From: Parcubacteria group bacterium
GTDB taxonomy: Bacteria > Patescibacteriota > Minisyncoccia > Phycocordibacterales > 21-14-all-47-15
Direction of reading: 5' to 3'
Assembly: GCA_016181845.1 (NCBI GenBank)
Contig: JACOYO010000005.1
Span: 66,845 to 130,844 of the forward strand
DNA: 64,000 bases
Positions within the stretch are counted from its first letter, which is position 1, and every line of letters begins with the position of its first letter. Both the position numbers and the translations under genes were made by a program. The notes beneath the pieces are model-generated. The model had not been told where the DNA came from and made no database searches. It saw only the letters and a program-made list of their open reading frames with translations. Of the stretch, positions 16,864 to 26,202 are shown one piece after another.

Positions 16864-18897
16864 TCATTCGCGCTCCCATATTTCCCGCAGTTCTTTGAGC
16901 CGGTCACGAGAAAATAAATCACGGTTATTTTTTACAAAATGCGTCGTGCAATGGCTAAACACTTGCACAAACGCGAATGTCTTCCGCGATGCCGCGATTG
17001 CTTTCCTCATTACTTCTGAAAGATACTCATGATCAGCCACAGACACGCGTGCAAAAAAATCAATCTCGCATCCGTCAAAAAGAAGTTTCTTCAAATCAAA
17101 CGGCGATGCTGATGGAGTTGGAATTGGAGTATTCGCGCCAAGAGGCGTCGTCGCCGAAGGCTGTCCTCCAGTCATGCCATAATTGGCGTTGTCTAGGCAC
17201 ACACAAAGCATTGGAAACCGCTTTCTATCATGCGCCGTATGTATCAGATGATTTCCGCCAATGTTTACCAAATCGCCGTCGCCGGAAATCACAACGACTG
17301 TGCGTTCCGGATACGCCAATCTTACCGCACGCGCCGCATTGAGCGCTCTGCCGTGAGATGTCTTTATCAGGTGTACGCCAAGTGTCGTTGATACGATACT
17401 TCCACAACCGATACCAGACACAAAGATAGTGTTTTTATTCGTCAATCCATGTTCCTCAAGCATCGGAAGCAACGCGTCAATAAAACTTTGATGCCCGCAT
17501 CCTGGGCAAAAAGAATATGGCTTCAACACGCTGATGCCTGTTTCATTTTCAGGTTCTCTTTTTTCTTCCACAAAAACGAAAGGCGCTTCTGCTGGATACT
17601 CGTGCCACGGGACAATGCCTCGCATTTGTGTTTGTGGCGACAGATTTTTTTGCATACTAGACAACATTTCGCACTTATGCGCCGTTTCCTTTTCTTCTTT
17701 TTTGAAAAGTTGTTCGCAAAAACGGACCAATTCGCCGGTCTGTATCGGCGTGCCGTTCCATTTTGCGAATAATTCCTTCTTTGCGTTTGGAAAATATGGC
17801 GCCAAAAACGGCAAGAGCTGTCCGGTATTGTTTTCCACTACGACCATTCGCGGTATGCGTTGGTGGGCTTCAAATAATTCTTCGTGCAGTGGCCAAATCA
17901 TCGGCAGATTGAGATGCGTTGTTTTTATTCTTTCGCTTCGCAACTCTGCCGCCGCGTCTTTGGTCGCCCGCCCAGCCACACCATAACTGACGAGTAATAA
18001 TTCTGTATCGTCTGGCGCGTTTCCTTTTTCAAAAAATGCGTAATGATCGTCTTTTTTTAGAGCTGGAATAATGTTCCTATGCTTTGCCAAAAGATGCGCG
18101 ATAAATGTTTCCGCGACTTCAGGCAGAAAACTCCCACGATTTCCGAGCGAGTCGTGCATCACTCCCGTATATGCCTGCGGATGAACTCCGCCAACTGGAA
18201 CAAAACCGGAAACAATTCCTTCCTTGCCAAACGGAGCGCCGCATGAATCAGTAACGCGCTGATACACCGCGACGTGCGGCGGAATATCCACCCGCTCTTC
18301 AAGCTGGCTCAAATAACCGTCAAGCGCCACAAACACCGGTGTCCGCCACTCTTCCGCAAGGTTGAACGCGGCAACCGTCATGCTGAAACATTCTCTAACC
18401 GAACTTGGCGACAAAATCACAACCGCATCACCCGCATCTCCATGTCTGCCGTGAATCATGCAGTTGATATCTGCGGCAGAAGGTTTGGTCGGCTGTCCGG
18501 TGCTTGGCCCGACACGCATCGCATTCACAACTACGAGCGGCACTTCATTCAAAATAGCCGCTCCTAATTCCTCCTGCATCAGCGAAAGCCCTGGACCGCT
18601 GGTCGCGGTCATCGTTTTTTTTCCACACAACGAGGATGCGATGCACATGCCTATAGACGCAATTTCATCTTCTGGCATGTGCCAAGCGCCTCCAAACGAC
18701 AACAAGTGTTTCGTCATCAAATGAAGTATCTCCGACGACGGCGTGATTGGATAGCCGGCAAAAAATTTGCACCCCGCCGCAAGCGCTCCCAACGCGCACG
18801 CGGCGGCGCCACTGATGATGACTTTCCCGCTTATACCCATCGCCTTCAAATACGGTTCTGTTGCAACGATGTTCCATCTATCATTTGGATGAATCAT
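16864..18897 (-). CDS. Fused alpha+beta 2-oxoacid:acceptor oxidoreductase
   Basis: Alpha: AGYPITPSSE, EDEI, TSGPG, RVGPSTG; beta: FCPGCG, SGIGC, HGR, GDGD, YGMTGGQ; SD AGAAAGGAG. Confidence 0.88.
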   Translation of the reverse strand: MIHPNDRWNIVATEPYLKAMGISGKVIISGAAACALGALAAGCKFFAGYPITPSSEILHLMTKHLLSFGGAWHMPEDEIASIGMCIASSLCGKKTMTATSGPGLSLMQEELGAAILNEVPLVVVNAMRVGPSTGQPTKPSAADINCMIHGRHGDAGDAVVILSPSSVRECFSMTVAAFNLAEEWRTPVFVALDGYLSQLEERVDIPPHVAVYQRVTDSCGAPFGKEGIVSGFVPVGGVHPQAYTGVMHDSLGNRGSFLPEVAETFIAHLLAKHRNIIPALKKDDHYAFFEKGNAPDDTELLLVSYGVAGRATKDAAAELRSERIKTTHLNLPMIWPLHEELFEAHQRIPRMVVVENNTGQLLPFLAPYFPNAKKELFAKWNGTPIQTGELVRFCEQLFKKEEKETAHKCEMLSSMQKNLSPQTQMRGIVPWHEYPAEAPFVFVEEKREPENETGISVLKPYSFCPGCGHQSFIDALLPMLEEHGLTNKNTIFVSGIGCGSIVSTTLGVHLIKTSHGRALNAARAVRLAYPERTVVVISGDGDLVNIGGNHLIHTAHDRKRFPMLCVCLDNANYGMTGGQPSATTPLGANTPIPTPSASPFDLKKLLFDGCEIDFFARVSVADHEYLSEVMRKAIAASRKTFAFVQVFSHCTTHFVKNNRDLFSRDRLKELREIWERE

Positions 18898-19090
18898 TAT
18901 ATGGCTCCTTTCTATTGACAAAGGCCTCTTATCTAAGCCGATTATATATACAATCAGAGCAAAAATACAACACCAAGCGCAACCGGAGATCTCGCCAATT
19001 CTGTTAAAGTTTGACTTCAACAAAGATGTGAGAAAATCAAAGCGCGGTAAATGTGTTCGCAAAAAAGACTGCGTGAGATACAATAAGCGC

Positions 19091-21274
19091 ATGCAAAACG
19101 GCATTCATCCTGAAACAAAAATTGAATCGGTATTCTCTCGCCTGCTACCCGTACAAAAAAACGCCCTAAAGCGGCTCGGGATTGAAACGGCAAAAGACCT
19201 CCTCTATTATTTCCCTTCACGCTACGGAAACATCACCGACACCAAATCAATAAGCGAACTTTCAGAAGGAGATACGGTTACTATCGCAGGAAAAATATCC
19301 GGCCTGAAAGCAAGCAAAGGATTTCGCACAAAGATCGCGATGGCTGAAGCGCGCGTCACCGACCAGACCGGCTCTATCAAAGCCGTGTGGTTCAATCAGC
19401 CCTACATCGCAAAAATGCTTGCGGGAGTGAGCCACGCAAAATTTCACGGACACATCGCGTCGCGAAAAGACACGCTCTATATTTCAAATCCGGAATTTGA
19501 AAAATTGACAAGCCTCCCAATTGATGCCGGCGATTCGCTTTTCCACGCAGAAGACGCGGCACTTCCGTTTCATTATCCCGTGTATGGGGAAACCAAGGGC
19601 ATCACTTCAAAATGGTTTTACCACGCGATGCAAAAACTGCTTATTGATGAAATACTCGACGCGATGCCAGACCCGATTCCAAAGGAAATTCTCGAGACCT
19701 ACCATCTTCCCGCCCTGAAAACCGCGCTCGTGTGGATACATACGCCCAAAAACCCAGGACACGCCGAATCCGCGCGCAAGCGATTTGCTTTTCAAGAAAT
19801 ATTTTTTATACAACTGGCGCGATTGTCTGCGCGAAAAGCCTACGAACGCGAACCGTCATTCGTCATTCCAACAAACAAAAAAGATATTGAAGAATTCGTG
19901 CGCCGTTTCCCATTTGAACCGACCGCAGCGCAAAAAAAAGCGATTGACCATGTTCTTGCTGATTTCGCGAAAGGAAGCCCAATGGCGCGTCTGCTTGAAG
20001 GAGATGTCGGCTCCGGCAAAACCGCCGTTGCCGCGACGGCCGCGTACGCGGCCGTCGTCACGGCGCCAAAAAACGCTCCATCCGCGCGACTTGAAGTCGC
20101 CTACATGGCGCCCACCGAAATTCTAGCCAAACAGCACTTTGAGTCGTTCATACAATATTTCAAACATCTGCGCACGAACATCGGACTCATCACCGGAAGC
20201 GGCTGTAAAAAATTCCCATCCAAAGTACGCCCCGACGAATCAACCGAGATATCGCGGACACAGCTCCTCAAATGGGTGGCAAACGGCGAAATACCGATTC
20301 TCATCGGCACACACGCGCTCATAGAAAAAGCGGTGCAATTTAAAAATTTGGCGCTCGTCGTTATTGATGAACAGCATCGCTTCGGCACCCGTCAGCGGTT
20401 CAAACTCGCGCAAAAAAAGAGCAGTGGAAACATTCTTCCACACTTGCTTTCCATGACCGCGACACCAATCCCACGTACGCTTGCACTCACCATATACGGA
20501 GACCTTGATTTGACGCTCCTTGACCAGATGCCCGCTGGGCGTAAAAAAATAGAAACAGAAATCGTCTCTCCGCGTGAACGGAAAAATACCTACGAAAAAA
20601 TCCGCGAAGAAATCGCGCGCGGACGGCAATGCTACGTCATCTGTCCGCGCATCAATGAACCGGACCCAGAAAAAGCCCGTCCCCTCTACGCAAAATCGGT
20701 AAAAGAGGAGACGTTGCGCTTGAAAAAAAATATATTTCCAGAGTATGAAATCGGCATGCTTCACGGCAAAATGACCCCGAAAGAAAAAGACACGGTTATG
20801 AAAAAATTTGCGGAAGGAATAATCAACATCCTCGTCGCAACCTCAGTGGTTGAAGTGGGGGTGAATGTGCCAAACGCGACTATGATTTTAATAGAAGGCG
20901 CAGAGCGGTTCGGATTGGCACAGCTCCACCAATTGCGCGGACGCGTGCTCCGAAGTATTCATCAGGCGTACTGTTATCTTTTTACAGACTCACAAAATGA
21001 CTCCACGGGGAAACGCTTGCGCGCGCTCGTAACTGCAAAAAATGGGTTTGAACTTTCAGAGATTGATTTGGCGCTCCGCGGCGCGGGAGCATTGGGGGGC
21101 GGCAAGCAATGGGGTATTTCAGATTTGGGAATGGAAGCGATAAAAAATATCAAAATGGTGGAAGCGGCGCGCGCGGAAGCAAACAAACTTCTTGAAAAAG
21201 ACCAAACACTAAAAAACTATCCCCTTCTCAAAGAAGCCGCCTCAAAAATTGAGACCACCGTGCACTTTGAATAA
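19091..21274 (+). CDS. recG: ATP-dependent DNA helicase RecG
   Basis: GDVGSGKT, DEQHRFG, MTATPIPRT, QLHQLRGRV. Confidence 0.96.
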   Translation: MQNGIHPETKIESVFSRLLPVQKNALKRLGIETAKDLLYYFPSRYGNITDTKSISELSEGDTVTIAGKISGLKASKGFRTKIAMAEARVTDQTGSIKAVWFNQPYIAKMLAGVSHAKFHGHIASRKDTLYISNPEFEKLTSLPIDAGDSLFHAEDAALPFHYPVYGETKGITSKWFYHAMQKLLIDEILDAMPDPIPKEILETYHLPALKTALVWIHTPKNPGHAESARKRFAFQEIFFIQLARLSARKAYEREPSFVIPTNKKDIEEFVRRFPFEPTAAQKKAIDHVLADFAKGSPMARLLEGDVGSGKTAVAATAAYAAVVTAPKNAPSARLEVAYMAPTEILAKQHFESFIQYFKHLRTNIGLITGSGCKKFPSKVRPDESTEISRTQLLKWVANGEIPILIGTHALIEKAVQFKNLALVVIDEQHRFGTRQRFKLAQKKSSGNILPHLLSMTATPIPRTLALTIYGDLDLTLLDQMPAGRKKIETEIVSPRERKNTYEKIREEIARGRQCYVICPRINEPDPEKARPLYAKSVKEETLRLKKNIFPEYEIGMLHGKMTPKEKDTVMKKFAEGIINILVATSVVEVGVNVPNATMILIEGAERFGLAQLHQLRGRVLRSIHQAYCYLFTDSQNDSTGKRLRALVTAKNGFELSEIDLALRGAGALGGGKQWGISDLGMEAIKNIKMVEAARAEANKLLEKDQTLKNYPLLKEAASKIETTVHFE

Positions 21275-21281
21275 TAAAAAC

Positions 21282-21389
21282 CTTTCGATATATCGAAAGT
21301 GGTTTTAGCGCACCCGACATATTATAACTATCCCGGTATACTGGAATGGTGATGATGAGCATTAAACCTTTCGATATATCGAAAGGTTT
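21282..21389. repeat. Pair of perfect palindromes CTTTCGATATATCGAAAG
   Basis: Copies at 21282-21299 and 21364-21389. Confidence 0.9.
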
Positions 21390-21468
21390 TTACAAATAAA
21401 AAATCTGCCGATAAACCAAAAAAAAGCGCGCTGCATTTCTGCGGCGCGCTGTGTAAAACTTAAAAAAA

Positions 21469-22212
21469 CTACTCAATCTTAAGTTGAATCGGAGGCACGT
21501 CTGCTATCCTGTAATCGGCAAAAGAAATCTGCTTGCCTCCTACCGGCTCAAGTCCATAAAACTTAAGGCCGAGCTCGCACACATGTGACTGAATGAAAAA
21601 CGATTCTCCCGTTTTTTTAACGAGCATGTCAGAAAATTGCCGCCCGGTCATTTCTTGATGGAAACACCGCTTTATCCCGTCACGGAGATGTTCTTCAACA
21701 ATTTCCTTTTTCCAACCAATCCTATGATACACCGCAATCGGATCAATCACGCGGAATTCTTTTTTGTGGCTTCGCGCGATAAATTTTCTTCCGTCATCCG
21801 TATTGACGGCTATGTCCATCTCAACCGCGTACGATGAGCGAATAGCAATAAGCTTGTCGCTGAACGGGTGTCTCAGAAACCCGATCGTCTCAATAACATA
21901 GGCTTCTCTTATTCCTCCGCGTTCCGGAACTACTACTAACAAGTTACCGGTAAAAGGTATCGCTAGAAATGCCGAAACGGCGATTAATATTCCAGCGGCA
22001 ACAGATAGAATACCGCTAAAAACATCTTTTTCGTTTGGCAAAAAGAATAACCCAATAAAAAAGAGTATTATTAACAAAGACGACGCAAAGAGAGGCTGGT
22101 GTGGAAATATTTGTGTCGGATTTCTGAATATAAAACCTATAAACACACTGCCAATCACCGCCATCAGAAATATCAATCCGGAAACAACGACCGCTATTTT
22201 GGCTTTCAACAT
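21469..22212 (-). CDS. Hypothetical membrane protein (three N-terminal TMs, soluble C-domain)
   Basis: Long ORF, SD GAGGTGA before ATG 22212. Confidence 0.7.
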   Translation of the reverse strand: MLKAKIAVVVSGLIFLMAVIGSVFIGFIFRNPTQIFPHQPLFASSLLIILFFIGLFFLPNEKDVFSGILSVAAGILIAVSAFLAIPFTGNLLVVVPERGGIREAYVIETIGFLRHPFSDKLIAIRSSYAVEMDIAVNTDDGRKFIARSHKKEFRVIDPIAVYHRIGWKKEIVEEHLRDGIKRCFHQEMTGRQFSDMLVKKTGESFFIQSHVCELGLKFYGLEPVGGKQISFADYRIADVPPIQLKIE

Positions 22213-22217
22213 TTCTA

Positions 22218-23807
22218 TCACCTCAATATAAGGTTGATTTTCAAAAAAATTCTAATTTGAATTAAAGCGTAAAAACATATTTTTGTCAAACCATCCACTT
22301 GCCCTACCATAAACCATGGGTTAGTATTTGAAGTACGCCAACAAAAAACCGCTCTTAGCTCAGTTGGTAGAGCGCTCGTCTTATACACGAGTGGTCCCAG
22401 GTTCGAGTCCTGGAGGGCGGATTCGTAACAAAGTGGAGAATCTGACCGAGCAAAGCGCCTGCGCGCTTTGCGGACAGGACGAGAAAAGGTTCTCCCATAT
22501 TTTTGAGGAGCATTGCTCCGAAAAAATGGGAAACCTGTACTGAACATGTAAGGTTCGAGTCCTGGAGGGCGGACATACCGCAGAGCTTCAATCGGGCTTT
22601 TCTTCGCGGCGGTGCGCGCCGGATAGTAGCCGAAGACGATGCCCACAAGCGCCGCAACACCCAATCCCAAAAATATTGCAAAAAACTGAAAACTAAATTG
22701 CCAATCCAGTCCGACAATCTGCGTGAGAATAATTGAGATGCCAAATGAAATTGTCGTACCGAGCGCAATCCCAACAATCCCACCAAGCAATGTGAGTATC
22801 GTCGCTTCAAGCAAAAACTGCGACAAAATATCTTTTTCGCGCGCGCCGATTGCTTTGCGCAATCCGATTTCACGCGTTCTTTCCGTAACCGACACTAGCA
22901 TGATATTCATGATGCCGATACCGCCGACAATCAAAGATATAGCCGCCATGGCCGTCAAAAAAAGCGTGAGTGTGCTTGTGATAACCCCGAGACGATTTGC
23001 AAGGTCCGCCTGCGTCTCAACAAAAAAGTCGTCTTTGTCGGGGTCGGTAATGTTGTGTGAGTTGCGGAGCGTTGTTTGCACATCGCGAACCGTACGCTCT
23101 ATTGATCCGTCGTTTGCCGCTTCAATGATAAACCTGTGGAAATATTTGATGCCGAAAATATACTGTTGCGCGGTTGTATACGGCACAATTGCCGCTTCAT
23201 CAAAATTGAAAAATGACACCTGCCCTTTTTTCGGCAATATGCCGATAACCCGAAAATTTTTGCCTTTGATTTTAATTTTTTCTCCGAGCGCCGATGCATC
23301 GCCAAACAATTCACTTTTTACTTTTGAGCCGATAATCACAACATCACGCTGACCCTTCACATCATCATAGTTAAAAAAGTTTCCTTCTTTCGGAAAGAGG
23401 TCAAAAATATCTCCTATGAGCGGGGACGCTCCGAAAATAGTCAGCCGATAGGTTTCGCTTCCGTATGCTCCAGTTTCCCCGCCGAATAAAATCGGCATGA
23501 TGCGTGCAAGGGTCGGCACATTCGTTTTTTTCTGCAAGAGCTCAAGGTCGCGTTCTTTCAGCGAATCGGAAAAAATCTGCGCCGCGTCTGCTGGGCCTTT
23601 CGGTTCCCTGCCCGGAATCACAATGATGGTTTTTGAACCAAGCCCCTGCACCTGGCTTACGATAAGCTGTTCGGCTCCTTTGCCCAAAGACATCACAACT
23701 ATAATGGCCGTAATGCCGATGACAATGCCAAGCATCGTGAGTGCCGAGCGCATTTTATTCGTTTTAAGCCCGAGAACGGCTGTTTTGAGAAGATGCGGAA
23801 ACGTCAT
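22218..23807 (-). CDS. MacB/FtsX-family ABC permease; ORF runs past its usual end across the tRNA
   Basis: GGIGIMNIMLVSVTERTREIGLRKAIGA; family terminus SPIEALRY ends at about 22575 with no stop. Confidence 0.9.
   Translation of the reverse strand: MTFPHLLKTAVLGLKTNKMRSALTMLGIVIGITAIIVVMSLGKGAEQLIVSQVQGLGSKTIIVIPGREPKGPADAAQIFSDSLKERDLELLQKKTNVPTLARIMPILFGGETGAYGSETYRLTIFGASPLIGDIFDLFPKEGNFFNYDDVKGQRDVVIIGSKVKSELFGDASALGEKIKIKGKNFRVIGILPKKGQVSFFNFDEAAIVPYTTAQQYIFGIKYFHRFIIEAANDGSIERTVRDVQTTLRNSHNITDPDKDDFFVETQADLANRLGVITSTLTLFLTAMAAISLIVGGIGIMNIMLVSVTERTREIGLRKAIGAREKDILSQFLLEATILTLLGGIVGIALGTTISFGISIILTQIVGLDWQFSFQFFAIFLGLGVAALVGIVFGYYPARTAAKKSPIEALRYVRPPGLEPYMFSTGFPFFRSNAPQKYGRTFSRPVRKARRRFARSDSPLCYESALQDSNLGPLVYKTSALPTELRAVFCWRTSNTNPWFMVGQVDGLTKICFYALIQIRIFLKINLILR
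22349..22421 (+). tRNA. tRNA-Ile(TAT)
   Basis: CCGCTCT/AGGGCGG acceptor, CTCGT-CTTATAC-ACGAG anticodon arm, GGTTCGAGTCC; CCA not encoded. Confidence 0.92.
22422..22573 (+). mobile_element. Structured element at tRNA-Ile 3' end, ending in a 23-bp duplicate of the tRNA 3' end
   Basis: AGGTTCGAGTCCTGGAGGGCGGA at 22399-22421 and 22551-22573; motifs shared with 29300-29486; mobility is inferred. Confidence 0.7.
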
Positions 23808-23811
23808 GGGT

Positions 23812-24531
23812 TTATTTTATAAAATCTTCTTGCACGGTCCGACGTTTTGCCACACGCGCATCGCTGTCAATCTTCCCATCAAGCAATCGGATGATTCGTC
23901 CGGCATGCTCGGCGGTATAGGTTTCGTGCGTAATCAAAATAATCGTGTGGCCTTTTTTTTCATTCAATTCCTGCAATATCTTCATCACCTGCTTGCCCGA
24001 TACGGAATCAAGATTCCCTGTCGGCTCATCGGCAAAAATAACTTGCGGCCGCATAATAAGCGCTCTCGCAATCGCCGCGCGCTGTTTTTCTCCGCCCGAA
24101 AGTTTTGACGGCTCGTGGTCGCGCCGATGCCAAAGCCCCACCGACACAATCGCCTCTTCGGTGCGTTCATTCCATTCCACTTCAGAAACAGTCGAGTACA
24201 TGAGCGGCAGGCGCACATTATCAAAAACGCTTGTTCGCGAAAGAAGGTTGAAAGACTGAAACACGAATCCCAGTTTTTCATTGCGCAAAAGCGCAAGTTC
24301 TTCGGAAGAAAAATCGCCGTGTGTTTTTCCGTCAAAACGGTATACTCCCGATGTCTCGCGGTCCAAAAATCCGAGCACGTGGAGAAGCGTTGATTTTCCG
24401 GAGCCGGACGGCCCCATAATCGCCACAAACTCTCCCGACTCAATGGAAAAAGAAACCCCACGAAGCGCCGGAGTTTTGATGTCCTCGTCTTCGTATATTT
24501 TTTCCAAATTTTTTACTTCTATGAGCGCCAT
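23812..24531 (-). CDS. ABC transporter ATP-binding protein (MacB/LolD-like)
   Basis: GPSGSGKST, LSGGEKQR, ADEPTGNLD. Confidence 0.95.
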   Translation of the reverse strand: MALIEVKNLEKIYEDEDIKTPALRGVSFSIESGEFVAIMGPSGSGKSTLLHVLGFLDRETSGVYRFDGKTHGDFSSEELALLRNEKLGFVFQSFNLLSRTSVFDNVRLPLMYSTVSEVEWNERTEEAIVSVGLWHRRDHEPSKLSGGEKQRAAIARALIMRPQVIFADEPTGNLDSVSGKQVMKILQELNEKKGHTIILITHETYTAEHAGRIIRLLDGKIDSDARVAKRRTVQEDFIK

Positions 24532-24582
24532 GAATTAACGTAAAAAGAGTATGGAACGATGACAGCACACGAGCGCTACCTG

Positions 24583-26151
24583 TTAATTTCCATTCAAAAA
24601 AATGATAACTTTTTCTCCTTCCGAAAGACCGTTTTCAATCACGATATTGCCGTCAGAACCGCGCAAGCCGGTTTTTACCGGCGCTTCGCGAAAGCCGGCG
24701 GTCATGCCTGCGTCAACGACGCGGACAAAAGGCAATCCCTCATCATTAGAAAGCACCGCTCGTTCAGGAACGGCAAGCACTCCTTTTTCCTCTGCGGAAA
24801 GAATATCAATATTGGCAGTCATGCCGGATTTTATCCGTGCATCTGAAACATCAAAATGGAGCGTTGTTTTGTATGTTGAAACACCTTCTATTTCCGTTTC
24901 AGCAGGGTCAACCGCCGTAACATGAGCAAAAAACACAGAGTCTTTGCCATACGCATCAAGAGTTATCCGCGCGGTATCACCAATAGATACTTTCGCGACA
25001 TCGGCTTCAGGGACAAATACTTCAATTTCAAAATCTCCCGCCGATACTACCGACACGACTGTTTCATGCGCCGAAACACTCTCTCCAGCTTTCGCTTCTT
25101 GTTTGGTGACGACACCGCTTATAGGCGAGCGTAAAATTGTTTTTGCGAAACGCGCCGCTGTCGTATCAAGCACCGCTTGCGCTTCTCTCATTTTTGCTTT
25201 TTGTATCGCGATATTTTCATCGGTAGCCGGTTCTTGTTTCACCACAAGTTCCTGCTTCGCCAAATCAAGGTCTCGCAATGCTTTATTCAGTTTTTCTTGC
25301 GACGAAGAAACATTCGCGAGCGCTGTATTCACATTGGTACGGCCAGTAGACACATCGCTCCGCCAACCGTCTATAGTTGTTTGCGAAAGCGACGCGTTTG
25401 CTTTCAATCCATTGACCGAATACGCGACCGCGTCAAAAAATTGATTTACTAAAGAAAGGACCGTTTTTGCTTCGGAAAAAGAAACGCTGAAGTCGGACGT
25501 TTCTGAAAGAATGCCGAGAGACACGCTCCAGCGCAGAAGATTTTCCTCAATCGCAACACGTTTTGAAGTAATCTGATTTGCAAGCGATGTTTCAATCGTA
25601 AAATTAAGCTGTGGCGTACTGCCTCGCGGATTGCTAATAAATTGGTCCACTTTATTCCGCACAGCATCGTCCGCTTTTGCATATGAATCGCGGAGCGTAT
25701 TTATGGCGGAAAGCCGAGCTTCGTCCACAGCGGCGCTTGCACTGCGGACCTTGATTTCTTGCACTTGTATTTCTTCAGCACTAGTCCCGCGAAGCAAATT
25801 CGCAAGAGAAGCTTTTGCCGCGTCAAGCAACGCCTCTTTCTGCCGCAATTCAGACCCAATATCGGCATTATCAAGCGTCACCAGCATCTCCCCCGCAAAC
25901 ACTTTGTCGCCAACTTCTTTGCCGACACGCGCCACTTTTCCAGCAACATCAAAAGAAAGAAGAACGCTTTTTTTCGGAACCACTTTGCCGGTAGCGCTTA
26001 CTTCTTGTTTGATGTCGGTTTTTACAACCGTGGTAAATTCATACGATGGTTGAGCATTTCTTCCCCATACAAAAAAAGATACGGTACCGATAACTACAGC
26101 GATAAGAAAGACGATGATTTTATTTTCAAAAATAATACGCATATAAGACAT
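24583..26151 (-). CDS. Efflux periplasmic adaptor (MacA/HlyD-like) with long coiled coil
   Basis: N-terminal TM, LRSPISGVV, VPEADV, SGMTANIDI. Confidence 0.88.
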   Translation of the reverse strand: MSYMRIIFENKIIVFLIAVVIGTVSFFVWGRNAQPSYEFTTVVKTDIKQEVSATGKVVPKKSVLLSFDVAGKVARVGKEVGDKVFAGEMLVTLDNADIGSELRQKEALLDAAKASLANLLRGTSAEEIQVQEIKVRSASAAVDEARLSAINTLRDSYAKADDAVRNKVDQFISNPRGSTPQLNFTIETSLANQITSKRVAIEENLLRWSVSLGILSETSDFSVSFSEAKTVLSLVNQFFDAVAYSVNGLKANASLSQTTIDGWRSDVSTGRTNVNTALANVSSSQEKLNKALRDLDLAKQELVVKQEPATDENIAIQKAKMREAQAVLDTTAARFAKTILRSPISGVVTKQEAKAGESVSAHETVVSVVSAGDFEIEVFVPEADVAKVSIGDTARITLDAYGKDSVFFAHVTAVDPAETEIEGVSTYKTTLHFDVSDARIKSGMTANIDILSAEEKGVLAVPERAVLSNDEGLPFVRVVDAGMTAGFREAPVKTGLRGSDGNIVIENGLSEGEKVIIFLNGN

Positions 26152-26202
26152 ATATATATATATTACACCATGCGCCATTTGAAGACTCACTCAAAAGACG
26201 CA

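Noticed and set aside
22399-22573. attL/attR of a prophage or integrative island
   Set aside because: Only about 130 bp between duplicates and no integrase; kept as a mini-element instead
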